From an uncultured Acidobacteriota bacterium (GTDB lineage: Bacteria > Acidobacteriota > Vicinamibacteria > Fen-336): a stretch of DNA of 64,000 bases. Positions 29,736 to 38,037 of the stretch are shown in pieces. Made by a program: the position numbers and the translations under genes. The notes below the pieces were generated by a model that saw only the letters and a list, made by a program, of their open reading frames with translations, was not told the DNA's origin and made no database searches. Within the stretch, counting starts at the first letter, position 1, and every line of letters starts with the position of its first letter. The stretch lies in NCBI GenBank assembly GCA_963720545.1, contig OY970399.1, forward strand, positions 2,976,001 through 3,040,000, in the 5' to 3' direction.

Positions 29736-30824
29736 ATGAAGCCGGCAGGCACCAGGGAAACTCGCGTCGCCGAACTCGTCCACCTGGGACGGGCCGCCGA
29801 CTTCGACGCCACCGCTTTCGATGCGGTTTTCCGCCAGGCCGATTCGGACGCGGGCCAGGCTGCGGTGTGGATCGCGCTGCTCGCCGCGTGGACCGGCCAG
29901 AGATTTCCCCTCGAGGAAGCGCTTGCGCTCGGCACCGGCATCCGCCGCGCGCACGCCGAGATGCTCGCGTCGCTCGGGGCGCCGGTGTCGCTGCAGACCG
30001 CGCTGCTCCATGAGCTGCACTCGCGGCGCGGGGTGCTTAACGATCCGCAGATCCTTTCGATCGGCGAGTTGGAGGCGCTGCGCGGCGGCGCCCTCGCCGA
30101 TCCCGACACCGGGCTCTACAACCGCCGTTTCCTGGAGGAGCATCTCGACCGCGAATTGAGCCGCGCGGAACGCGCCAACGCCGTCTTCTCGATCGTCTTG
30201 ATGGAGATACCCGGCCTCACCCAGGTTGCCACCAACCTCGGCGCCGAGCACGGCTCTTCACTGGTCGCGAGCGCTTCGAAGCGAATCCACGACTCGCTGC
30301 GGCTGGTGGACGCCGGCGGCCGCTTCGAAGACGACCGCTTCCTGGCGCTCCTGCCGAACACCGACATGTTCCACGGCATCGAGGTCGCCGAGCGCATCCG
30401 CCAGAACCTGTCGCGCACGCCGCTGCCGGGGAATGGCGGCCTGTCGGTCGACTACGGCGTCGCCACCTTTCCTCTCGACGGCCGCACCCGCAGCTTCCTG
30501 ATGAAGATGGCGGACATCAGGCTCTACTCGTCGCGCGAAGCGACCCGCGCGTTCACTTCGGCGCGCCGCCATCCGCGCTTCCTGGTGTCGGGAATGTCGC
30601 TGCGGCTCGGCGCGCCGCGCGGCGAGAGCGCCGCGGCCGACATCCACGACGTGAGCTTCGGCGGGCTGTCCTTCGAGTACCGCGGCAGCAAGGTGCCGCC
30701 GCTCATCGAGGGCGACCTCACACAACGCTTTTCGAGCGACATCCATCCCGTGACCTTGAGGCGCGTCAGCGTCAGTCCGTCGACCGGTGGACGGGTCCGC
30801 GTGAACTGCGCCTATGCACACTAG
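29736..30824 (+). CDS. Degenerate GGDEF domain plus C-terminal PilZ domain
   Basis: DPDTGLYNRRF; RFEDDRF in place of RxGGDEF; ADIRLY; then RRHPR and DVSFGG. Confidence 0.82.
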   Translation: MKPAGTRETRVAELVHLGRAADFDATAFDAVFRQADSDAGQAAVWIALLAAWTGQRFPLEEALALGTGIRRAHAEMLASLGAPVSLQTALLHELHSRRGVLNDPQILSIGELEALRGGALADPDTGLYNRRFLEEHLDRELSRAERANAVFSIVLMEIPGLTQVATNLGAEHGSSLVASASKRIHDSLRLVDAGGRFEDDRFLALLPNTDMFHGIEVAERIRQNLSRTPLPGNGGLSVDYGVATFPLDGRTRSFLMKMADIRLYSSREATRAFTSARRHPRFLVSGMSLRLGAPRGESAAADIHDVSFGGLSFEYRGSKVPPLIEGDLTQRFSSDIHPVTLRRVSVSPSTGGRVRVNCAYAH

Positions 30825-32151
30825 CGGCAAGACTCCGAGGATGCGGCTGGTCCAGGCACCGCCGCCCGTCGCGCCGGCGCCGGTGGTGCGCGGCGGCGAC
30901 GATCCCATCACCGGCCTGCCCACCGACCCAATCGCCGCCCTGGCCGGCCGGCGCATCCTGCGGCTCGGCATCGTCTACCTGCAGGTCGGCCGTTCCACCC
31001 GGATCGAGGGGCTCTACGGCTTCCAGATCTACGACCGCATCCTGGCGCTTGCCAGCGAGAGCATCCGCGCCGAGATCGAACGCTCGCCGCTCAAGAGCCG
31101 CCTCGTCAGCATCCTCTTCTCCGGCTCCGACGGCTTCTTCGTGCTGTTCGAGCTGCCGGCGAAGGAGCACTCGCGCCTCGGTTCGCAGCTCGAGGACGAA
31201 GCCTGGCGGCTGCGCGACGGCGTCATCCGCGGGCTGGCACGCAGCCTCGGCCGCAGCACCGCCAACCTGCTGATGGTGCAGGCGAGCGCCAGCCGCGTGA
31301 GCCGCGATCCGCGGGTTCGTCCGGAGCGCAACCTGCTGCGCGCGCTCGGCGAAGCCAAGCACCTCGTCGCCACCCGCGAGACCCGCGAGCGGCGCACGTT
31401 CCTGGCCCGCTTCCGGGCGCTGGTCGCCGACGGCTCGTTGCGCGCGCGCTACCAGCCGGTGGTCGAGATCGCGAGCGGCCGGACCTTCGGCTACGAGGCG
31501 CTGATCCGCGGGCCCGAAGGCAGCGACCTCGAGTCGCCCGACGTGCTGTTCGCCGCGGCCCGCGAGGGCGGCCTGGAGCTGGAACTCGAGTCGCTGTGCC
31601 TGGAGCGCATCTTCGAGCGGCTGCCGCGCGCGCTCGCCGGCTGCACGCTGTTCGTGAACGCCTCGGCGCGCCTGCTGTCGCACGCCTTCTTCCTCGACGA
31701 ACGCAACCTCGAGAAGCTGCGGGCGGCGCACGACGACATCGTCCTCGAGATCTCGGAGAAGGAAGTGGTCTGGGACTACGCGTCCTTCCGCGAAACGCTC
31801 GACCTGCTGCGCGAGCACGGCTTCGAGGTGGCGATCGACGACGCCGGCTCGGGCTACTCGGGCCTGGAGGCGATCCTGCAGATCAGGCCGCGCTACATCA
31901 AGGTGGCGGAGTCGATCGTGAAGGGCCTCGACAGCGACCCGATCAAGCGCGAGGTGATCCTGGCGCTGCAATCGCTGGCGCGCCAGATCGACGCTTCGGT
32001 GGTTGCGGAAGGCATCGAGACCGCGCAGGAAAAACAGGCGCTCATAGACCTTGGCGTGCGCTACGGGCAGGGCTTCTTCCTGGGAATGCCCGCGGTCAAT
32101 CCTCAGCGCGCGGCGGACGCCGCCTCGCTCAAGCCGCGCACCGCGCGATAA
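30814..32151 (+). CDS. EAL c-di-GMP phosphodiesterase with degenerate N-terminal GGDEF-like domain
   Basis: YQPVV, YEALIR, LFVN, LEISE, IDDAGSGYS, IKV, AEGIET, GQGF; N-terminal DPITGLP..SGSDGF. Confidence 0.88.
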   Translation: MHTSGKTPRMRLVQAPPPVAPAPVVRGGDDPITGLPTDPIAALAGRRILRLGIVYLQVGRSTRIEGLYGFQIYDRILALASESIRAEIERSPLKSRLVSILFSGSDGFFVLFELPAKEHSRLGSQLEDEAWRLRDGVIRGLARSLGRSTANLLMVQASASRVSRDPRVRPERNLLRALGEAKHLVATRETRERRTFLARFRALVADGSLRARYQPVVEIASGRTFGYEALIRGPEGSDLESPDVLFAAAREGGLELELESLCLERIFERLPRALAGCTLFVNASARLLSHAFFLDERNLEKLRAAHDDIVLEISEKEVVWDYASFRETLDLLREHGFEVAIDDAGSGYSGLEAILQIRPRYIKVAESIVKGLDSDPIKREVILALQSLARQIDASVVAEGIETAQEKQALIDLGVRYGQGFFLGMPAVNPQRAADAASLKPRTAR

Positions 32152-33335
32152 GCGCCGATCGCTTCGCCGAGGATCGCAACCGCCTCGCGCAGGTCGTCGG
32201 CGTTCAGCACGTAGGCGATGCGCACCTCGTCCTTGCCGAGCCCCGGAGTCGCGTAGAAGCCGGGGGCCGGCGCCACCATCACGGTCCTGCCGTTGCGCTC
32301 GAAATCCGTCAGCAGCCAGCTTGCGAACGCGTCCGAATCGTCGATCGGCAGCCGCGCGATGAAGTAAAAGGCACCCTCGGGCTTGCGCAGGAAAACACCG
32401 GGCAGGTCCTTGAGGCCGGCATAGAGGACGTCGCGCCGCGCCTGGTACTCGGCGACGATGCCGTCGAAGTAGTCCGGGCCGAGCTCGGTCGCGCCGACCG
32501 CGATCAGCTGCGCCAGGCCCGGCGCCGACAACCGTCCCTGCGCCATGCGGTGTGCCGCCGAGTACACGTCGCGGTTGCGGGTGGCGAGGCAGCCGAGGCG
32601 GATGCCGCAGGCGCTGTACCGCTTCGACAACGAGTCGGCGCACACGATGGTGTCGGCGAAGCCGGCGAGGCTGAGGGCGCTGGTGGTGTGGTTGCCGTCG
32701 TAGGCAAGCTCGCGGTAGACCTCGTCCGATATGAAGAACAGGCCATGGTCCTTGCAAAACTGCGCCACCATCAGCATCTCGTCGCTCGTGTACACCGTGC
32801 CGGTGGGGTTGTTGGGATTGCACAGCACCACCATGCGAGTACGCGGCGTCAGCGCCTGTTCCCACGCAGCGAGCGGCGGCAGGTGGAAGCCGTCCTCGCC
32901 ACGGGCGCGCAGCGGCACGAGGCGTACGCCGGCGAGCGTCGCGAACGAGTTGTAGTTGGTGTAGTACGGCTCGACCACCAGCGCCTCGTCGCCCGGCCCG
33001 GCGCAGGCGAAGAACGCGAACGACACCGCCTCGCTGCCGCCGGTGGTGGCGATGATCTCGTCCTCGCCGAGCTCGATCCCGAGCCGCTCGTAGTAGTCGC
33101 GCAGCGACGCGACGAAGTCGGGCGTGCCGCCCGACGGCGTGTACGCGATCACCTTGTCGACTAGCGCCAGGCGCTCGCGCATCGCAGCCGGCGTCTCGAT
33201 GTCGGGCTGGCCAATGTTGAGATGGTAGACGTGGATACCGCGCTTTTTCGCTGCCTCGGCGAGCGGCATGAGGCGGCGGATGGGCGAGGCCGGCATGGCC
33301 TGGCCGCGGGCGCTGACGACCGGTCGCTGGGACAT
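32103..33335 (-). CDS. PLP-dependent aminotransferase class I/II (aspartate aminotransferase-like)
   Basis: LNIGQPD, CNPNNPTG, DEVY, SLSKRYSACGIRLG. Start taken at MSQRP. Confidence 0.92.
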   Translation of the reverse strand: MSQRPVVSARGQAMPASPIRRLMPLAEAAKKRGIHVYHLNIGQPDIETPAAMRERLALVDKVIAYTPSGGTPDFVASLRDYYERLGIELGEDEIIATTGGSEAVSFAFFACAGPGDEALVVEPYYTNYNSFATLAGVRLVPLRARGEDGFHLPPLAAWEQALTPRTRMVVLCNPNNPTGTVYTSDEMLMVAQFCKDHGLFFISDEVYRELAYDGNHTTSALSLAGFADTIVCADSLSKRYSACGIRLGCLATRNRDVYSAAHRMAQGRLSAPGLAQLIAVGATELGPDYFDGIVAEYQARRDVLYAGLKDLPGVFLRKPEGAFYFIARLPIDDSDAFASWLLTDFERNGRTVMVAPAPGFYATPGLGKDEVRIAYVLNADDLREAVAILGEAIGAYRAVRGLSEAASAAR

Positions 33336-33355
33336 GTGCCGAAAACGATACTGCA

Positions 33356-33372
33356 TCTTGACACCGTCTTGA
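33356..33372 (+). promoter_or_regulatory. Candidate KdpE operator (TCTTGA-N5-TCTTGA)
   Basis: Direct repeat with 11-bp period just upstream of the -10-like TAGCTT (33385-33390) of the kdp operon. Confidence 0.5.
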
Positions 33373-33396
33373 TGCAGGCCCGGATAGCTTTTCGGC

Positions 33397-33543
33397 ATGG
33401 AGTCGCTCCTTGGCATCGGCGGTTGGGCCGGGCCTTTCCTGGGCTGGCTCGATCCCTGGGAGATCGTGGTCGGAATCATCGGGGTGGTGGTCGGGTTGCT
33501 GTTGCTCCGGCACATCGCCGAAAACTGGACCCGTAAGAACTGA
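33397..33543 (+). CDS. 48-aa single-TM membrane protein, first ORF of the kdp operon
   Basis: Translated by hand: MESLLGIGGWAGPFLGWLDPWEIVVGIIGVVVGLLLLRHIAENWTRKN. Its TGA overlaps the kdpF ATG (TGATG). Confidence 0.62.
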   Translation: MESLLGIGGWAGPFLGWLDPWEIVVGIIGVVVGLLLLRHIAENWTRKN

Positions 33544-33632
33544 TGTCTATCGAATACGCAGTCGGGCTGTTGCTGTGCGCGGCGCTGCTCGGTTACCTGG
33601 CGTTCGCGCTGATCCGGCCCGACAAGTTCTGA
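33543..33632 (+). CDS. kdpF: K+-transporting ATPase subunit F
   Basis: MSIEYAVGLLLCAALLGYLAFALIRPDKF (29 aa, YL..AL..P.KF signature); TGATG overlap with kdpA. Confidence 0.9.
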   Translation: MSIEYAVGLLLCAALLGYLAFALIRPDKF

Positions 33633-35362
33633 TGACAGCCAACGGCTGGGTACAGATCGTGGTGTTTTTCGGTGTGGTGCTGGCGCTCACCGTGCCGGCA
33701 GGCGCATTCCTGCACAAGGTCATGGAAGGCGAGGTGCACGCGCTGCGCCGTCCGCTCGGGTGGCTCGAGCGGCTCCTCTATCGCCTGGGCGGCGTGCGGC
33801 TGGCGGAGCAGGCATGGCCGCAATACTGCGCGTCGCTCCTCGCCTTCAGCACCCTCTCCTTGCTCGTTACCTATGCGTTCCTGCGCCTGCAGCACCTGCT
33901 GCCACTGAACCCGCAGCGGCTGGGACCGGTAGCGCCCGACCTTGCGTTCAACACCGCGGCGAGCTTCACCACCAACACCAACTGGCAAAACTACTCGGGC
34001 GAAGCTGCCATGAGCTACCTCAGCCAGATGGCGGCGCTGGCGTGGCACAACTTCATCTCCGCGGCGGCCGGACTCGCGGTGGCGATGGCGCTGGTGCGCG
34101 GCCTGACACGCCGCCGCGAGGGTGCCGCGCAAAGCGCGGGTGCCGCGACCATAGGCAACTTCTGGCAAGACCTCACCCGCGGGACGGTGTACGTGCTGCT
34201 GCCGATGAGCCTGGTCCTGGCGCTGGCTCTCGTCTCGCAAGGTGTCATCCAGAATTTCGCGCCCTACCGGGAGGTCACGACGCTCGAGGGCGGCAGGCAG
34301 ACACTCGCGATGGGGCCGGTCGCGTCGCAGGAGGCGATCAAGCAGCTCGGGACGAACGGCGGCGGTTTCTTCAACGCCAATGCCGCGCATCCGTTCGAGA
34401 ACCCCACGCCGATCAGCAACTTCCTCTCGATGCTTGCGATATTCCTGATCCCGGCCGGCCTCACGCACACCTTTGGCCGCATCACCCGCGACGCGCGCCA
34501 GGGCTGGGCGCTGTTCGCCGCGATGGCGCTGCTGTTCTTCGCCGGGGCCGCGGGCAGCTATTGGGCCGAGTCCGCCGGCAACCCGCAGCTGTGCGCGCTC
34601 GGCGTCGCGGGCCGCCCCGGCAACATGGAAGGCAAGGAGGTGCGCTTCGGCGTCGCCAACTCCGCGCTCTATGCGACCGTCACCACCGACGCGTCGTGCG
34701 GCGCCGTCAACGCGACGCACGACAGCTTCACGCCGCTCGGTGGGCTGGTGCCGCTGTTCAACATCCAGTTCGGCGAAGTGGTTTTTGGCGGCGTCGGCGC
34801 GGGCCTCTACGGCATGCTGATGATGGCGATCCTGTCGGTGTTCATCGCCGGGCTCATGGTGGGGAGGACGCCCGAGTACCTCGGCAAGAAGATCGAGTCG
34901 CGCGAGGTGAAGCTCGCGATGGTCTACGTGCTGATCTTTCCGCTCGTCATCCTGGTGCTGGCGGCGTGGTCCGCGGTCGCTCCCTACGGAACCGCGGCGC
35001 TCGGCAACGCCGGCCCCCACGGCCTCAGCGAAATCCTGTACGCGTTCACCAGCGCCGTCGGCAACAACGGCTCGGCATTCGGCGGGCTCGGCGGCAACAC
35101 TCCCTGGTACAACGTCACGCTCGGGGTCGCGATGCTGCTGGGCCGCTTCCTCATGATCGTGCCGGTCCTGGCGATCGCCGGCGCGCTCGCGGGCAAGAAG
35201 ACCTCGCCGCCCGGACCGGGAACGCTGCCGACGAACGGCCTGCTGTTCGCCTTCCTCCTGGTCAGCGTCATCCTCATCGTCTCGGCCCTGACGTTCTTTC
35301 CGGTGCTGAGCCTGGGGCCGATCGTCGAGCACTTCCTCATGCATTCCGGAAAGGCCTTCTAG
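33632..35362 (+). CDS. kdpA: K+-transporting ATPase subunit A
   Basis: TNTNWQ, GTNGGG, SCGA and NNGSA filter motifs. True start MTANG. Confidence 0.96.
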   Translation: MTANGWVQIVVFFGVVLALTVPAGAFLHKVMEGEVHALRRPLGWLERLLYRLGGVRLAEQAWPQYCASLLAFSTLSLLVTYAFLRLQHLLPLNPQRLGPVAPDLAFNTAASFTTNTNWQNYSGEAAMSYLSQMAALAWHNFISAAAGLAVAMALVRGLTRRREGAAQSAGAATIGNFWQDLTRGTVYVLLPMSLVLALALVSQGVIQNFAPYREVTTLEGGRQTLAMGPVASQEAIKQLGTNGGGFFNANAAHPFENPTPISNFLSMLAIFLIPAGLTHTFGRITRDARQGWALFAAMALLFFAGAAGSYWAESAGNPQLCALGVAGRPGNMEGKEVRFGVANSALYATVTTDASCGAVNATHDSFTPLGGLVPLFNIQFGEVVFGGVGAGLYGMLMMAILSVFIAGLMVGRTPEYLGKKIESREVKLAMVYVLIFPLVILVLAAWSAVAPYGTAALGNAGPHGLSEILYAFTSAVGNNGSAFGGLGGNTPWYNVTLGVAMLLGRFLMIVPVLAIAGALAGKKTSPPGPGTLPTNGLLFAFLLVSVILIVSALTFFPVLSLGPIVEHFLMHSGKAF

Positions 35363-35369
35363 TGCGCCC

Positions 35370-37418
35370 ATGAGCAACGCTTCGGTCCGAACCGTGTCCA
35401 CGTGGGATGGCGCGCTGGTGCGCGGCGCGCTCGCCGGCGCGGTGCGCAAGCTCGACCCGCGCCTCATGTGGAAGAACCCTGTCATGTTCGTGGTCGAAGT
35501 CGGCAGCGTGCTGACGAGCGGCATCTGGCTGCGCGACGTGCTCGCGAACGCACCCGAAGTGCCCGCCTGGTTCACCGGCAACCTGGCGCTGTGGCTGTGG
35601 TTCACGGTGCTGTTCGCGAACTTCGCCGAGGCGCTTGCCGAGGGCCGCGGCAAGGCGCAGGCCGCCGCCCTGCGCGGACTGCGCAAGGAAACGATCGCCC
35701 GGCGGATGCTCGACGGCAACGAGGAGCGCGTGCCCGCCTCGGACCTGCGCAAGGGCGACCTGGTGGTGGTGACGGCGGGCGACGTGATCCCGGGCGACGG
35801 CGAGGCGATCGAGGGCATCGCATCGGTGGACGAATCGGCCGTCACCGGTGAATCGGCGCCGGTGATCCGCGAGAGCGGCGGTGATCGTTCGGCGGTCACC
35901 GGCGGCACGCGCGTGCTGTCCGATCGCCTCATGATCCGCATCGGCACCAACCCCGGCGAGTCGTTCCTCGACCGCATGATCGGCCTCGTCGAAGGCGCTC
36001 GCCGCCAGAAGACGCCCAACGAGATCGCGCTCTCGGTGCTGCTCGCCGGCATGACGATCATTTTCCTGCTCGCCTGCGCCACGCTCGTGCCGTTCGGCAT
36101 CTATTCGGGCGGGCGCCTGCCCGTGGCCGTCATCGTGGCGCTGCTCGTGTGCCTCATTCCCACCACCATCGGCGGCCTGCTGTCGGCGATCGGCATCGCG
36201 GGCATGGACCGCCTCATCCGCCACAACGTCATTCCCACCAGCGGCCGCGCGGTCGAGGCGGCCGGCGACGTCGACACCATCCTGCTCGACAAGACCGGCA
36301 CCATCACCTTCGGCAATCGCATGGCGAGCGAGTTCGTGCCCGCGCCCGGCGTGGGCACAGCCGAACTCGCCGACGCCGCGCAGCTCGCGAGCCTCGCCGA
36401 CGAGACGCCCGAAGGCCGTTCGATAGTGGTGCTGGCGAAGGAGAAGCACGGGTTGCGCGGGCGCTCGCTGCAGGAGGTAGCCGCGCATTTCGTGCCGTTC
36501 TCGGCGGCCACCCGCATGAGCGGCTGCGACGTGGACGGGCGAATCATCCGCAAGGGCGCCGGCGACGCCATTGCGCGGCATGTGGCTTCGCTCGGCGGGC
36601 GCGTGCCTGCCGAAGTCGAGCAGGCGCTCACCGCCATCGCGCAGAGCGGCGGCACCCCGCTGGCGGTGTCCGACGGCGCGCGGGTGCTGGGCGTCGTGCA
36701 CCTGAAGGACATCGTCAAGGGCGGCCTCAAGGAACGCTTCAGCCGTTTCCGCGCCATGGGGCTGCGTACCGTGATGATCACCGGCGACAACCCGCTGACC
36801 GCGGCGTCGATCGCGGCCGAAGCCGGCGTCGACGACTTCCTCGCCGAGGCGACGCCCGAGATGAAGCTGGCGCTGATCCGCGCCGAGCAAGCGAAGGGCA
36901 AGCTGGTCGCCATGACCGGCGACGGCACCAACGACGCGCCGGCGCTGGCGCAGGCGGACGTCGCGATCGCGATGAACACCGGCACCCAGGCGGCGCGCGA
37001 GGCCGGCAACATGGTCGACCTCGACAGCAACCCCACCAAGCTGCTCGAGGTGGTCGAGGTCGGCAAGCAGCTGCTGATGACGCGCGGCTGCCTCACCACC
37101 TTCTCGATCGCCAACGACGTCGCCAAGTACTTCGCGATCCTGCCGGCGATGTTCATCGCCCTGTTTCCGCAAATAGCGCCGCTCAACGTCATGGGCCTGA
37201 CCTCGCCGCGCAGCGCCATCCTGGCGGCGGTGATCTTCAACGCGCTCATCATCGTGGCGCTCATCCCGCTGTCGCTGCGCGGCGTGCGCTACCGGCCGCT
37301 TGGCGCCGCGGCGCTGCTGCGGCGCTCGCTCCTCATCTACGGCATCGGCGGGCTGGTGGCGCCGTTCGTGGGCATCAAGGCGATCGACATCGTGCTGAAC
37401 GCGGCGGGCTTGAAGTGA
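35370..37418 (+). CDS. kdpB: K+-transporting ATPase subunit B (P-type)
   Basis: [28 protein letters not shown]. Confidence 0.97.
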   Translation: MSNASVRTVSTWDGALVRGALAGAVRKLDPRLMWKNPVMFVVEVGSVLTSGIWLRDVLANAPEVPAWFTGNLALWLWFTVLFANFAEALAEGRGKAQAAALRGLRKETIARRMLDGNEERVPASDLRKGDLVVVTAGDVIPGDGEAIEGIASVDESAVTGESAPVIRESGGDRSAVTGGTRVLSDRLMIRIGTNPGESFLDRMIGLVEGARRQKTPNEIALSVLLAGMTIIFLLACATLVPFGIYSGGRLPVAVIVALLVCLIPTTIGGLLSAIGIAGMDRLIRHNVIPTSGRAVEAAGDVDTILLDKTGTITFGNRMASEFVPAPGVGTAELADAAQLASLADETPEGRSIVVLAKEKHGLRGRSLQEVAAHFVPFSAATRMSGCDVDGRIIRKGAGDAIARHVASLGGRVPAEVEQALTAIAQSGGTPLAVSDGARVLGVVHLKDIVKGGLKERFSRFRAMGLRTVMITGDNPLTAASIAAEAGVDDFLAEATPEMKLALIRAEQAKGKLVAMTGDGTNDAPALAQADVAIAMNTGTQAAREAGNMVDLDSNPTKLLEVVEVGKQLLMTRGCLTTFSIANDVAKYFAILPAMFIALFPQIAPLNVMGLTSPRSAILAAVIFNALIIVALIPLSLRGVRYRPLGAAALLRRSLLIYGIGGLVAPFVGIKAIDIVLNAAGLK

Positions 37419-37432
37419 AGGTGTTTGCAGGA

Positions 37433-38020
37433 ATGTCCCTGCAGAGCGAACTCGCCGTCTCCGCCAGGATGTGCGCGGTCACCCTCGCGCTCACGGGCTT
37501 CGCCTATCCGCTGGTGGTGACCGGCGCCGCGCGCGTGCTGTTTCCGGAGTCGGCCCGCGGCAGCTTCGCGCATCGCAGCGACGGCGAGGTCGTGGGCTCG
37601 GCGCTGATCGCTCAACGGTTCGAGAAGCCGGAGTACTTCCAGCCGCGTCCCTCGGCCGCCGGCAACGGGTACGACGCCACGGCGTCGTCGGGTTCGAACC
37701 TCGGGCCCACCTCGAGCAAGCTGCTCGAGCGCACCCGCGCCGACGTGGCGCGCCTGCGCCGCGACAATCCGGCTGCCTCGCAAGCCGTGCCCGCTGACCT
37801 CGCGACGGCGTCGGGCAGCGGCCTCGACCCGCACATTTCTCCAGCCGCCGCACTGTTCCAGGTCGCGCGCGTGGCCGCCGCTCGCGGTGCCGAGCCGGCG
37901 CAGGTCGAGGCGCTGGTCCGAAGCCACGTCGAGCCGCGCACCTTCGGGCTGTTGGGCGACCCGCGGGTCAACGTGCTGCTCCTCAATCTCGACCTCGATC
38001 GGCAGCTGCCAAGGCGGTAA
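37433..38020 (+). CDS. kdpC: K+-transporting ATPase subunit C
   Basis: [40 protein letters not shown]. Start at ATG 37433 or GTG 37415. Confidence 0.94.
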   Translation: MSLQSELAVSARMCAVTLALTGFAYPLVVTGAARVLFPESARGSFAHRSDGEVVGSALIAQRFEKPEYFQPRPSAAGNGYDATASSGSNLGPTSSKLLERTRADVARLRRDNPAASQAVPADLATASGSGLDPHISPAAALFQVARVAAARGAEPAQVEALVRSHVEPRTFGLLGDPRVNVLLLNLDLDRQLPRR

Positions 38021-38037
38021 CGTCCGCCTTAGCAACG

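Noticed and set aside
32103..32151. Convergent 3' overlap of the EAL and aminotransferase genes
   Set aside because: Short low-complexity tail overlaps are common in GC-rich genomes.
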